Below the pieces are notes generated by a model that saw nothing but the letters and a program-made list of their open reading frames with translations, did no database searches and had not been told where the DNA came from. The position numbers and the translations under genes are program-made. This document shows, in pieces, positions 14,213 to 26,509 of a stretch of DNA of 64,000 bases (positions within the stretch are counted from its first letter, which is position 1; each line of letters opens with the position of its first letter). Origin of the DNA: Vermamoeba vermiformis (lineage: Eukaryota); NCBI GenBank assembly GCA_045837725.1, contig JBEWZL010000184.1, positions 124,001 to 188,000 on the forward strand. The letters run 5' to 3'.

Positions 14213-17200
14213 TCATTGTGCGAGGCCAGGCAAGTGTGCCACCATCGCTGCGCGCAGATCTGCATCGTCCTCGCACGCACCGCGCAGCACTGCAGCACGT
14301 GCTGTCACCACGTGACTCGGGGGTTGTTCCGCGAGCTGTTTGTGCGACAGTAGTGGCTCGTGATCGGTCCAAAAATAGAACACGTCTTGCACGACACGTG
14401 ACAGTGGTCGCTGGGATTTAATCCAGTGACTCCACAACTGCTGTCGCGACCACTCGTCGCCCAGGGCTGCGGAGAACACTCCGAGAGTCACGTGGCGGAC
14501 CAGGGCCCAATACAGATCGGAATTTCGCAATTCTTCAGTGACTTGCGGTGCAGCTAGCCACGTCATGGCACTTTTGACACGTGTCACAGTGAGGTCTCCA
14601 ACGAGTGCGTACAGCGGTCGAGTCACGTGACTGATCAGGGTGGTCCAGGCTGTGGCCAGTGTTGACCATATTTGGTTCGCACACTGCGCAGGAAGTGCTG
14701 TCAACAACCACGTGGCCAGGGCCTGTCCTCCAGCACCCTCTGACAGCCAAATCTCCGCAATATCTCCGAGCTTGGCTGCGGTGGTCGGTCCTGCGCTGTC
14801 GAGAGCCAAATCTCCCCTTGCGGAGATCGTTCTGATCACGTGCGCGGCCATGCTGTCAATGACTGGATCGGCGCAGATCTGTGGTCCGAGCAAGAACAGT
14901 CGACCGAGCTCTAAAAATAGCACGTCTGCGGGGTATTGTGCAAAGTCTATATTAAGTGCAAAGGTTAATGCTGTCTCAATAAATAACTGCAAAGACTTAC
15001 AGTGCGCGTTGTGTATCGACAAGAAGCACGTGACGCGAATGTATTGCTGCACAAAGTGTTGCACAAATTCTTGCAATAATTGCTCGCGTTCCGTGCTGTC
15101 CTCGCTCTCGTTCAGTGAACGGTGTGCGTAGTGCAGGGGCCAGAACAGCCACGTGCCGTTGAGTGGCAGCACGCTCTTGTCAAGCGCGATCACGTGCGTC
15201 AACTGGCCACGTGTCACAAAGTCACGTGTCAAAGTGAATGCGCGACTCTCCGTGTCAGCTGTCACCTGCGTGTCAACGGGCAGCTCGTACGGATTGAGCA
15301 CCATCCCAAAATAGAAGTCAATGAACTCCACGAGACTGTCGCGGTGCTGATCGAGTTGTGACATGATGACGTGTTGTTCACTGAATGCTGATTTCACTGA
15401 AAGGGACTCTGTGCGGCGGGACAAATCGTCAATCACGTGATCACGTGTCATCAGGTACACTTGACGGTTGAGAATCACGTGCTCGAACATTTCCAAAACA
15501 AGCAATTCATCGCCAGGCAGCAGCTGATCTACTGCGCGCATTGCCAAAGAAGGAAGTTGTTTCATGAACGAGAGATCGGTCGAGATCTGTTGGCGATGCA
15601 CCATATTTAGCAACATCACCAGGGACTGCGCTAGTCGTCTGCTCGGCACGTGCGTGAATAACTTGGGCAAAGTCTTCTTGTCCAGGGCCTTGCCAAATTT
15701 GGTAGTGAACGGCAATCGATCGTTGGTGTCGAGCAGTGTCACGAGCAGCTGTTGAAAGCTTTGCACGAGTGTTGCGTCTAAAAATAGCAACACGTTCTTG
15801 GCCTGCACTTCATCGAGCAGCTGATTGTAGTCTTCGATCAGGGCCATTACCATATATAGTAATCGCGTCACAGCGAGCACCGAGTTCTGCGCGGCGATGG
15901 AGGTCGAGGTTTGACAGCTCCATGTCAAGCAGGGCAATGTTTGCAGCCACACTGAGCCACGCAACTCGTCGGAATTACTCAGCTGCGTCACGTGTGCCAG
16001 TGACTCGCGGAATAACTTTGACTGGGTGAGGGGCGCGACATATTTGGCAATCACGTGACTGAGCTGCTGCACAGCTACTTGCACGTGTGTCACGTGATCT
16101 TCAGGCAGTTGTTTGAGGTGCTTAAAATAGCTGCTCAAAAAGTGCAAAATTGCCGCAACGGCTGTCACGTGCTCGCGAATACTTGCAAAGTCTGACTTGT
16201 TGCTGTCCACAGCTGTCAACAAACTGTCAAGTGCCAGCAGACTGGGCTGAAACAGATTCGACACGTGACTCCAGTGCAGGACGGGGCCCTGGGAGATTTC
16301 GCTGCCCTGATCGGTCGATGTGGTGGCACTGTTCACCACGGCTATTTCGAGCAGTCCTTCCAGCGCTAAAAATAGTGCAGTAGTGACGCGTGCAGGATCG
16401 CGAGCCAGAATTTCCTTTTTTGTCTGCAGATGTGTGATGTGCTCGATGATCACGTGATAGATGTCTAAAAATAGCTCGGAGGTCAGTCCGTACCGCACGC
16501 ACGTGTGCCACAGTCGCAAAGTCTGCACGGTGAGGGCCGGCAGCGACGCGTGCTGCAACAGATCACGTGGAGGGCGTACAAAATAGGCAATCACCAGCGG
16601 AAGAATTCCTTGCGCAGATTTGTTGAGATCTTCGTCGTCTGCGCGCGGGTCAGTCTCGCCTTCCTGATTTAGTAATAGCGGGGAAGCAGGGAGCAGACCC
16701 AAGAATCGTTGACAGGTGTCAAGTGACGACGCGCAACACAGCTGCAATAACTGCAAAGCTTTCGGGTGTGGTCTGTACGGCGTGTCATCGCGTGTCACAC
16801 TCTGATTGACGTGCACAAAGTCACGTGTGATGACGTGCAGCAGACGAGGGCACTAAAAATAGCACTGGTCAGTGATCGATCGGCGGAATAATTGACACTT
16901 ACGCTGAGCACGTGATTGACACCTGTCTCCGAGTGACGGGCCGCAGCGAGACAGAGATCTAAAATTAGCTCCACAATCACGTGGCTCTGCGGTCGCATCA
17001 CTTCGAGCACGTATCTGACACGTGTCAACAGCCCTGTTTGCAGCACTGCTGTCATCACGTCGCGCTGACTCAGTTCCAAATCGGTCAATTGTTCCGCTTC
17101 ACCGTCCTCTGTCACGCCGACCACGTGCTCGGAGATCAGGGGCCAGATACACGCTCCGTGCCACGTGGTTGCAATCTCGTCGTAGATCTCCGCGTCACGT

Positions 17201-18496
17201 GCGTTCACTAACAGCGCGTGCAGGGCGCGAAGGGCGTCACTGACCAGGGCTTCAGGGCCTTCATCCAGAGCTCGGCGCACCAAAAGAGGCAATTTGTGCT
17301 CAATGGCCCAGGTCAGTACTTCCGCGGCTTGTGATTGGTCCGCGCTCTGTTTCCAATTTTGGAGAATGTTTGCCACCACGTGCACTGCCAGCGCGCGCTG
17401 CTTTTTGACAGTTGATGACATGAGGTGCAACAATTCTTGCAAAGTATACCCTGGTAGCTCGGGCTGATCTCCGTGGTGATACAGACTCGGATCGTATTGT
17501 TCCGCACTGGCACTTGTCACGCGATGGCCTGCAAAATCATAGCGCCAGTGTGCAGGACGCGAAGTGACATCTGTCATTGAGGTGTCAGCAGTGACAGGTG
17601 TCATCCACTGTGTTTTTTCGCGCTCTAATTGTTCCGCTGTCAATGGCTCGTCCTGGTCGATGTTTGACACGACAGGTGTCAATGTGTCACGCGTGTCATA
17701 AACGAATCCTTTGTTCGCGAGATCGATCACCTCATGCGGATTGACACGTGTCATTGGCGTGTTCGGGCTGGCCTCTTGTTTTTCCAAATTAGGCAACTTG
17801 TTCATGCGTGCTGCACCGCGTTGTTTGAGTCGCGCGACTAATTTTGGATCGATCGAGCTGAATATCTCCTGCTGCATCTCACTGATCTCCGCGGCACTCA
17901 GATTGCCTAATTTGGCAGTGTTCTCAGCATCGACCTCTGCTAACAAATCTGCATTGTTGTTCGGTGCGGTACTCGCAGTGACACCTGTCATTCGTGCGGG
18001 TTGCGGTTTGACACGTTTCAAGTTGAGTTCAGAGCGGTGTTTGACAGGCGGGAATGCCGTGCTGCGCGGAGGTGGCGGAGTGACAGGTGTCAAGACTTGA
18101 TCTCGCTCCACAATCTGCGTCATCACGTGACTGATGTGTCGATCACCAACTGACGCACGGTTAGTGACATTGGTTCAGTGAACGGTGCTGGCACTCACCT
18201 CGCATGCGATGTGCCACGTCATCGTCGTCATCGCGGTCACGTGACTGTTTGAACAGCGATTTCTTTTTTTGGACATTGACTGCTTGACGCGACAGATCTG
18301 GCGTGGTCTGCGGCAACTGACCAATGCGCACGACGTCCTTTTCGACTGCGCTGATTGGCTCGGAGTCTTTGCTAGAATTCGCGGGGCTATTTTTGACCGC
18401 GCTCTTGTTCACGCGCACCACTTGCGCTGCGGGTGCTTTGCCGCTGCGGAGAAACTCTTCCTGCAATGCCGCGACATTAGTAGTGTTGTGCTGCAT
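14213..18496 (-). CDS. RPAP1: RNA polymerase II-associated protein 1 (RPAP1/Rba50/IYO)
   Basis: LQEEFL..GKAPAAQVVR, the RPAP1_N motif EVDAENTAKLGNLSAAEISEMQQEI, and the RPAP1_C motif YHHGDQPELPGYTLQELLHLMSSTV..QR. Introns near 18145-18199 and 16853-16902. Confidence 0.88.
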
Positions 18497-18966
18497 ATTA
18501 ATGCGATTGGCTCGAATAGATATATGCATATAAACATATATATTGGTGCTTTCACAATTTAGCGTGCAGATCGCGATCGGACCACAAACTAATTATCTTA
18601 GCAAGACTCGTGCAATAGTTATGGCAATAATTTCAAAATAAATCGGTGATATTAATATAGCGTCATATTGTCGCTAATTCAGTCGCTTACTTGTTGCTGG
18701 ATCAAGTCCTCCGTGTCTTCGGCTTCAAATAATGACTTGCGTTCCATGGCACTCGTTCACTATAGATTATTGCAACTAACACTACAATCAAGTGTTCTAT
18801 TGTGGTGTTCTCGTTCAGATCTGTTGCAAACTATTCTAGGCCCCCACGTGCTTTTTTTTTGCAAGCACGAAAATTTCACGCGAAGTTGCAAAATTATTTG
18901 AAGGCGTGTTGCGAGCACAGTCATAATTGAGTGGCTGTATTTGCTTGCTATGTAATATTGCCCAAG

Positions 18967-21826
18967 ATGATGGAAGGTTGGAATCAATTGACCGATCGAT
19001 ATTATCGCAAAAAAGATGTATATGAATTGGGCTGGCAAGGCGTTGACTTCAATAAATTAAAGCTCGTTGGTGCACCATATGGCGGACCTGTTGGTACAGT
19101 ATTTAGCTTATTATAACACAATATTGTTGTTGGAGAATATTCCATTTAATAATCAAAAATCGAATTAAATTAGTTACAGCTCGTAGTAATACCTACATTA
19201 ACAATATTATTATGCAGCTCTTATGCGAGATAATTCAAAAATGTTAATGGTCAAGGAGACCAATCTGAGCCCTGTTATTGACATCTACACCTCTTCTGGC
19301 AACAAATTAGGCTCTATTTTGGTAAATATATATGGCACATGCTATCTATACATATTATTCACTCGTCTGACACAATCTACTCGACTAAAGGTTGATCAGA
19401 AGCGGATGCCGATTGTCAAAATGGGTTGGAGCGATGACGAGCGTTTGATTATCATCACCGAGTACGTACATGCACCACTCTATATAACCAAGTACTCATA
19501 GCACCCCAGGGACGGCATGTTGTACCAGTACAATGTGTTTGGCCAGCTGCTCAACAAGTTCATCATTGACGGCGTAAGTCATGCCCATAAAGCTCATATT
19601 AGTGACTCATACATGCACTGCAGGAGTGTCAAAAGGGTGTATATGACTGCTACATATTCCCCACAGGTGCCGTGGTCATGTCGCGCAGCTACAAGCTGTT
19701 CCTCATCCACAACTGGGATCAGATCAAAGTCCTCAAGCTGCGCGATGCCAATTTGACCGAAGCACCGCGCTGCTGGACTGTCATTGAACCGCAAGTCTCG
19801 GTGAGCAGTCAAGGCCAGGTTACTACAGTCTGGTCGAGTGCTGACGGCGAGCCCAGTGTGGATGTGCTGCTCGCCCTCGACTCGGGCACGGTGCTCGTTG
19901 TGTCGCGCGACGAGGCCACAGACATGGCCATCACGAATGGACCGTTCTTGAAGATGACAGTCAGTCCCACGGGCAAGATCTTGGCGTGTTTCAATGCGCG
20001 CGGTGACGTGTGGGTGGTGACGACGGACTTCAATTCAAATCTCTCCACATTTGCCACCAAGAGTCCGCAGGCCCCTACACAGCTCGTGTGGTGCGGTCCC
20101 GATGCAGTGGTGTGTTACTGGAGTGGTGGCGAGGACAACATCTTGTTTCTGATTGGTCCGCGCACCGACAAAGACAACTGGCTCAAGTTCAGCTACGACG
20201 AGCCCATTCAACTGGTCTCCGAGCCCGATGGACTCAGAATCTTCTCGCCCACGCAGTGCGAGTTCTTGCAGCGCGTGCCCAATGTGGTGGAGAGTGTGTT
20301 GAAGATGGGCAGCACGAGTCCTGGCGCCATGTTGTTGGCCGCGTGGGAGTGGTTTCAGAAGAAGAGCGCCAAGGCTGATGACACGCTGCGTCACGACATT
20401 AAACAGGACTTGGGCCAGGCTGTCGATCACTGCATTGAAGCTGCTGCACACGAATTCGATCCCGCCATGCAGCGCAAGCTCTTGAAAGCAGCAGCATATG
20501 GCAAGGCCTTCATTGACGAGTACAACAGCGACTTTTTTGTCGAGATCTGCCGCACTCTGCGCGTGTTGAATGGCGTGCGCTACTTTGAGATTGGCATGCC
20601 ACTGACTTACACGCAGTACAAGTTGATGGGCACTAGTCTGCTCATTGATCGATTATTGGCACGGCATCATCACCTCTTGGCGTACAAGATCTGCGACTAC
20701 CTGCATCTGCCTTCGGACCGAGTTCTCATCCACTGGGCTATTGCTAAGGTGCAATCATCTACCAATGACGAACAAACTGCGAAGGAGATTGTTAAGAAGC
20801 TCAAATCTCATACTGGAATTTCATTCGCCGAGATCGCATCTGCTGCGCATCGAAAGAACAAAACAGCGCTCGCCACTATGCTACTGGACTACGAGCCTCG
20901 ACCAGCAGATCAAGTGCCACTGCTCCTGTCTATGCGCCAGTACGAAGCAGCGCTGCTCAAGTCCTTACAGAGCGGTGACACAGATCTGGTGCACCTCGTT
21001 TTAGTTCAGCTGCGCGGTCAATTAGCTGCGAGTGAATTGATGCACCTCATTGGCAAATATGATACTGCCTTGGCATTGTATATTAAGAGCTGCAAGGACC
21101 ACGACAAAGAGCGCGACAAGCTGCGCGAACTCTACACATTGCAACAGCGACCAGATCTGCTTGCTGGACTGCTCGTACGCGAGGCTTATCAGCATCCAGT
21201 ACGTATACTAATATTCTATTATTGTTGTTAACATGTTCTGCCATTAGGACCTTGAAGCACGTCGCGAGAGATTGCATCAAGCGATGAACCAGTACAAGAA
21301 GGTAGATCCGACAGCCGCCAAGGCCACAGAAGAGCAAATCGGTCTATTACTGTTGCAGAAGGAGCTAGAAGTATCATTGGGTGGTAAATTCGTTGGCTCG
21401 TCACTCAGCAACACGCTGTACCGTCTGATCTTGATGGGCGAGCACAAGCGCGTACTCAAAATCAAGAACGAGTTCAAAGTGCCCGACAAGCGCTATTGGT
21501 GGCTGCGTATTAAAGCACTAGCAGAGGCGCACGAGTGGACGGAGCTCGAACAGTTCTCCAAAGAAAAGAAGTCGCCGATCGGTTACGCGCCGTTTGCTGA
21601 AGTCTGCTTGCAGGCCAACAAGCTCGATGAAGCTACTAAATATGTGCGCAAGATCACCGAACCTGATCAACGTGCACGATATTGGGCTCGATTGGGCCAG
21701 TGGAGCGAGGCTGTCGCTGCTGCTCGTGAAGCACGCGATCCAAATCTGTTGATTTATCTTCGCAACAGATGTCCTGACCCAGCACTCGTGGCGAATATTG
21801 ACCAGCTACTACAGCAACAGAAATAA
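18967..21826 (+). CDS. VPS16: Vacuolar protein sorting 16 (HOPS/CORVET core)
   Basis: YYRKKDVYELGW, GAPYGGP, CIEAAAHEF, QRKLLKAAAYGK, LRVLNGVR..IGMPLT, SGDTDLV, FKVPDKRYWW and KKSPIGYAPF. Confidence 0.95.
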
Positions 21827-21970
21827 CGCTGTCTTGTAATAAATATGATGTTATCACTGACTTACTCGTCAATATTCGGCTTGACAGAGCACCACAACTG
21901 GAGTTTGAATGAATTGCGGCGCATTAAATATTGAATGACAACAACTACCACCGTGTAATACATATCAAAT

Positions 21971-22547
21971 ATGGAGCCTAAAAAGCGCGGCAGACCTCCT
22001 AAGTACGTGCGTGCAAATCTTTAATGGTTATCTCTTATTTATTACTGGCGATAATTATGAATGCAATAATAATTAATAATACATTGATGTTTTAGTTATT
22101 AATCATTATTGTGGCAGAAAGAATTATTAATTCTGCCCTTAAATTAAATGAGATCTCTTTTCTCTTAGGCACAAGAACAAAGAGAGCCCCACAAGCATAA
22201 TTAGCGGCAATAACAACAATACTAATGTCAATAATAAGAATCCAAAGACAATCATTCCACCCAGATCAGCCAAAACAGCGCCACCAGGCTACTACAAATG
22301 CAAGCACAAGCACTGCCACGCGTACTGCGAGAACCAAGACATACTTCGCCGTCACGAAGAGGACTTCAAATATCATCGCCGACACTACCAAGAGCTCGGC
22401 GACAATTGCAGGATCTGTTTGCAACTCGCGACGCAGTTACTCTGGCAGCGCATTATTTCATACCGCGAATTGACTGCGCTGTCACGTGACTTGTTGAAGC
22501 TCGTGGAGACCACGCGCAACACCCCTCCGACATTGAGCGAGCAATAA
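21971..22547 (+). CDS. Small (~136 aa) AT-hook plus C2H2-like zinc-finger protein; absent from the ORF track
   Basis: Exon 21971-22002 (MEPKKRGRPP), intron gtacgt...ttag 22003-22168, and exon 22169-22547 open to TAA. Contains YKCKHKHC-x12-H-x6-H and CRIC. Confidence 0.7.
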
Positions 22548-22577
22548 AGCATGTACATAGTTGTAGTTTACTCTATC

Positions 22578-25500
22578 TTACACGGCATTGACGGTGAGTT
22601 CGGAGCCCAACACGGCCTCGCGATCGCGCTGCATGTGCACATTGATCGTGCCTGCAATCGATATACCGCGACTGAGCTCGGTGACGTGCGTGATCACGAA
22701 CACTTTGCGCAGTCTGCTGGCGAGTGAGACGAGCACTTGTTGCACTTGCAGCTGACCAGTGCGATCGAGGGCATCGAACACTTCGTCGAGCATCAGGTAC
22801 TGCGGCTGATAGCGCGATCTGTTGCGCACGAGTTCGAACAGCGAGAACAGCACTGCGAGGTCCGTTCTCTTGCGCTCACCACCGCTGCGCTTGACGTACA
22901 CTTCTTCGAGCTCGAGTTCGGGGGTCAGTGTCACTGTCACTTTGCCACTGTCCGACAGCTGATCGGCATAGCTGTCCAGCACGAGATTCAGCTCTTGCAC
23001 CAGATCTGCAAAGATGAAGGAGCGCACAGTCTCAAAGCCCATGGTGCTCTTCGTGTTCTTGTCGAACGCCACTTCCCAGAACCGCGCCATGCTGTACTGC
23101 TCGGACACGTGACTGTGCTCTGCTGTCACGGCTGTCAACTGTTCGTTCAGTTGTGTGACACGTGCCTCGTGCTGCGCGATGGTCGCTGTTAGTTGATCAA
23201 TCTCCGCGGCGAGATAGTGCAATCTCCTGTCGAGATCACTGGTCTCCACCACGAGTTGGTTCTGATAGCGCAGCAGTTCGTGTTCCTTGTCTGCCAGTGC
23301 GCGCTCGACTCCTTTGATCTGTTCACTCAGTTCGAGTCGTCGTTTCATCGCTTGCACTTCCGTGCGCTCCAGCACTTCAATATCTCGCTCGATATCTCCG
23401 CGCAATTGTTGCAATATTTTGAACAGATCTGCAGAGCTACGCGTCGTGTCATGCACACCAGTGACACGTGTCAAAAACGCGTGATTTTCTTCGAGCAGTT
23501 TGGCGTGATGTGATTCGTCAATTGGTCGGCCACAGCGCGGACAATTCTTCTCGTCCAATGAGTACTCGTGCATGTGATTCAGACGCACCACTAACTCGTC
23601 GCGGAGTTGTTTCCACTCGTTCACTGAACGGCCGTTGATCACAGACGGAGTGTCACTGGCCTGTGCATTAAGATCATTTTGCCGCAATTCGATGGCACTC
23701 TTTTGCTGCGCGAGCTGTTCAATCTGCCGCTCGAGATCTTTGCGCGCATCTTCACGTCCCTCCACACGATTGCTCCTCTCTTGTTCCACTGCTTGGCGAT
23801 CAGCAGTCTTTGCACCAATTTTTTCATTAGTGTTCTTAATAGCCATATTTAGTGCCTTCAACTCTTGTTGCAGTGCAGTCTGTGTTTGCATCAATTCATT
23901 GAGCCGTGCCTCGAGTTCATTGCGCTTGTTTTTTGCGGTCTCAAAGTACGCATTGAACTTGTCGAGGCCCAGTGTCTCTTCAATAATGCTGCGCCGCTGA
24001 TCTTTGTTGCCCGACACAAAGTTGCTGACAATGTTCTGCCCGAGCACGACTGACTTGGTGAAGGTCTCGTAGTCAATGCCCAACAGCTCGTTGAGCACTT
24101 TCTGCGTCTGACTCAGCTCACCCTTCTCATTCTCCGCGAGGTACTCGGGCTCTGCATCGTCTGCGTGTCGTTGATAGGTGCGCAACACATCTGCTTTGCC
24201 GCGCTTGCGAGTGCGTTCGATGATGAAGCCGTTGTCGTACTCGAGCACCACACTGCACTCCCTGGCCTCGTCGTTGATGCAGTAGTCCTTCGCCATGCCA
24301 CTGCGCAAGAAGCCCCCGAACTGACACCACACTGCGTACATTGGTCAATAGTGCTGCTGTACATACAGTGCTGTAGTGAGTCCTACCTAGTGCCTCAAAG
24401 ATCTGACTCTTGCCGCTGCCATTCGCGCCTTCAATGATCCAAATGCCGTCGTTCATGTTCTTGAAGTCCAGGTGCACTGTGCCCTGCACGCCCATGAAGT
24501 CAGTGATGGTCAGACTGCTCAGTGTGCCGTCGAATGCCTTGCCCTCGTGCTTGTCAATGCTCTGCACGCGCGAGTCAGCCACGAGACTCTTGCCTAATTC
24601 GGTCAATGCGGCAATCTTGTCCTTGTTGTCCAACAGTCCTTCAAATCTCAGGCCCGACTTCTTCTTGCGACTTTGAGCCTCGACAAATGTCGTGTGCACG
24701 TGATTGGTGAATTCTTCGAGCAAATCATCAATTTTCTTGCTCTGCTGACTGGTGATGGCAGAATCAGTGCCCGGATTTTTGATGGCATCGACAATCTGCA
24801 CATCTTTTTTCACACCCAACACACCGAGCTCGAGCAATTCATCGACGAGTGTTTGATGTTGCTGTGGTGTGACAAACAGGTCCTCGTATTGTACCATGAG
24901 AAAGGTGTCTTTGTACTGCGCAATGTTCTGTTTGACGCGCTCAATCTCCGAGTACTTGACTTTGAAGTACTGATCGCCGTGTGGATTTTTGATGAATTCA
25001 ATCTGATCTGTCTCTGTGTCGTAGATCACTGTCACGGTGGTTAGTAGCGCACTTCACGACTCAGTTCTCAACGTACCAATGCCGCGGTCTTGTTCCGCAT
25101 CACCAAAGTTGAACTGCACTGGTGCTCCGACATAGACTACTTTATCTAGTAAGTGGTGGGCGTGAAAGTGTCCCTAAATTGACACGTGTCACTTGCAGTG
25201 TTCAAAACAAATGTCAGACAATTGACGTACCGAGAACGTTCTCTTGAGCGGATTGAACGCATCAGGACCAATGGGGCCCTTGTATCGCGAGCTAGAACTG
25301 TTTTGAATAGCTCCATTGATGGCTAAGTGTCCAAAGCCTATTGTCTTGGCCAACAACTTCTTTTTGCGCTTTTTAATGAGCTCTTCAATCTTGCCGACTA
25401 TTTCTGTTTGATCTTCGTGCTAACGGCACCATAGTTATTAATGATAGACTAGTGATGGACAACATACATAGGGCATCATGAGGCAGGAGACACCTTTGAC

Positions 25501-26315
25501 AGATGTCAATGTGAGGTCGCGATGTAATTGCACGAATTGATGGCGCAGCAGACTGTTCATGCTGAGTGCATCGAGCGACGAGATTTTAGAGGAGTGACGC
25601 CTGTCATATATGAACACATTAGTCTTGCACTCTCGTTGATGTCTGCACGCACAAATTCATGTCGTGATTGCCGAGTATGACGTGAATAGGCACGACTTTG
25701 TTCTCATCGATTGCCTGGCCCTTGCGCGCCTCTTTCAACACCTCTTCGTTCAACACCGCATTCATCTTGTCGAAGAACGACAGCGCTGAAGATAAGGACC
25801 GCACACTCACTACTTCGCGCGTGTTGAGCACATCTGCTTCGCAAATAATGAGTACTGCAGCTTGCGTATTCATATTGCTAACCTCCTAAGCACACTACCG
25901 CATCGACTTTGCGCTGCTTGAACTGCTCGATAATCCTGACCAAGGCGTGAGCACGAAGCTATTTAACCCTTTAGACCACACTTACCAGTCACCTGTCGTT
26001 GTAATGCGCTCGAGGCCTTTGTCTTGGAAATGTATATCACCAAACAGGCCTATTGTTGCATAAGAGCGGTACTGACGGGAAACTTTGGCTCGCTTAGCGT
26101 GTTCTTTTGCAGATCTCTGAATTCACAAGTCAAATTAATTGACTGTTCGACACAGTAATTTTTAAAAAATCTAACAATCTTATGCAATGATATACATGCG
26201 TGCAATAAATGCCTGGAATTACAGGGTTATTTAAATAAAAGATTTCTAAGGATCGCGATCCAGTTTGACATTTCTCAAGTCTCCTTACCACAGCACGAAT
26301 AGTTTGCCGAAGCAT
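22578..26315 (-). CDS. Fused Mre11/SbcD-like metallophosphoesterase and Rad50/SbcC-like ABC ATPase (gp47-gp46 type)
   Basis: Spliced model. Nuclease motifs: GDIH, LGD, GNHD, GHL, SGHFH, YVGAPVQFNFGD. ATPase motifs: Walker A GANGSGKS, Q-loop VVLGQ, coiled coil with CPRC hook, signature SGGERKR, Walker B/D-loop LMLDEVFDALD, VITH. First exon less certain. Confidence 0.88.
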
Positions 26316-26509
26316 TGTTCTTAGTTAATATGTACTTTGTTGTAATGGTGGGGCATTGCCGCAAATAACAGCTGTTGTTGTGGCTCTGGTGAAAATTCTG
26401 TAAAACTTCACGAAAACGTTTCATGAAATTTGAAACCAAGAACTGTTCACGGTAACAAAACCATTTTGATATCACACATTGATACAAACACCACACTTCA
26501 GAAATAAAC

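Noticed and set aside
14213-18250. CRISPR array or tandem satellite as the explanation for the palindrome island
   Set aside because: The motifs are 6-12 bp, irregularly spaced and inside an intact eukaryotic ORF. There are no constant repeats with spacers and no cas genes.
22578-26315. Bacterial or viral contamination, or a recent insertion, at the Mre11-Rad50 fusion
   Set aside because: The gene carries about 8 host-type spliceosomal introns and host-like codon usage, with no flanking mobile-element features.
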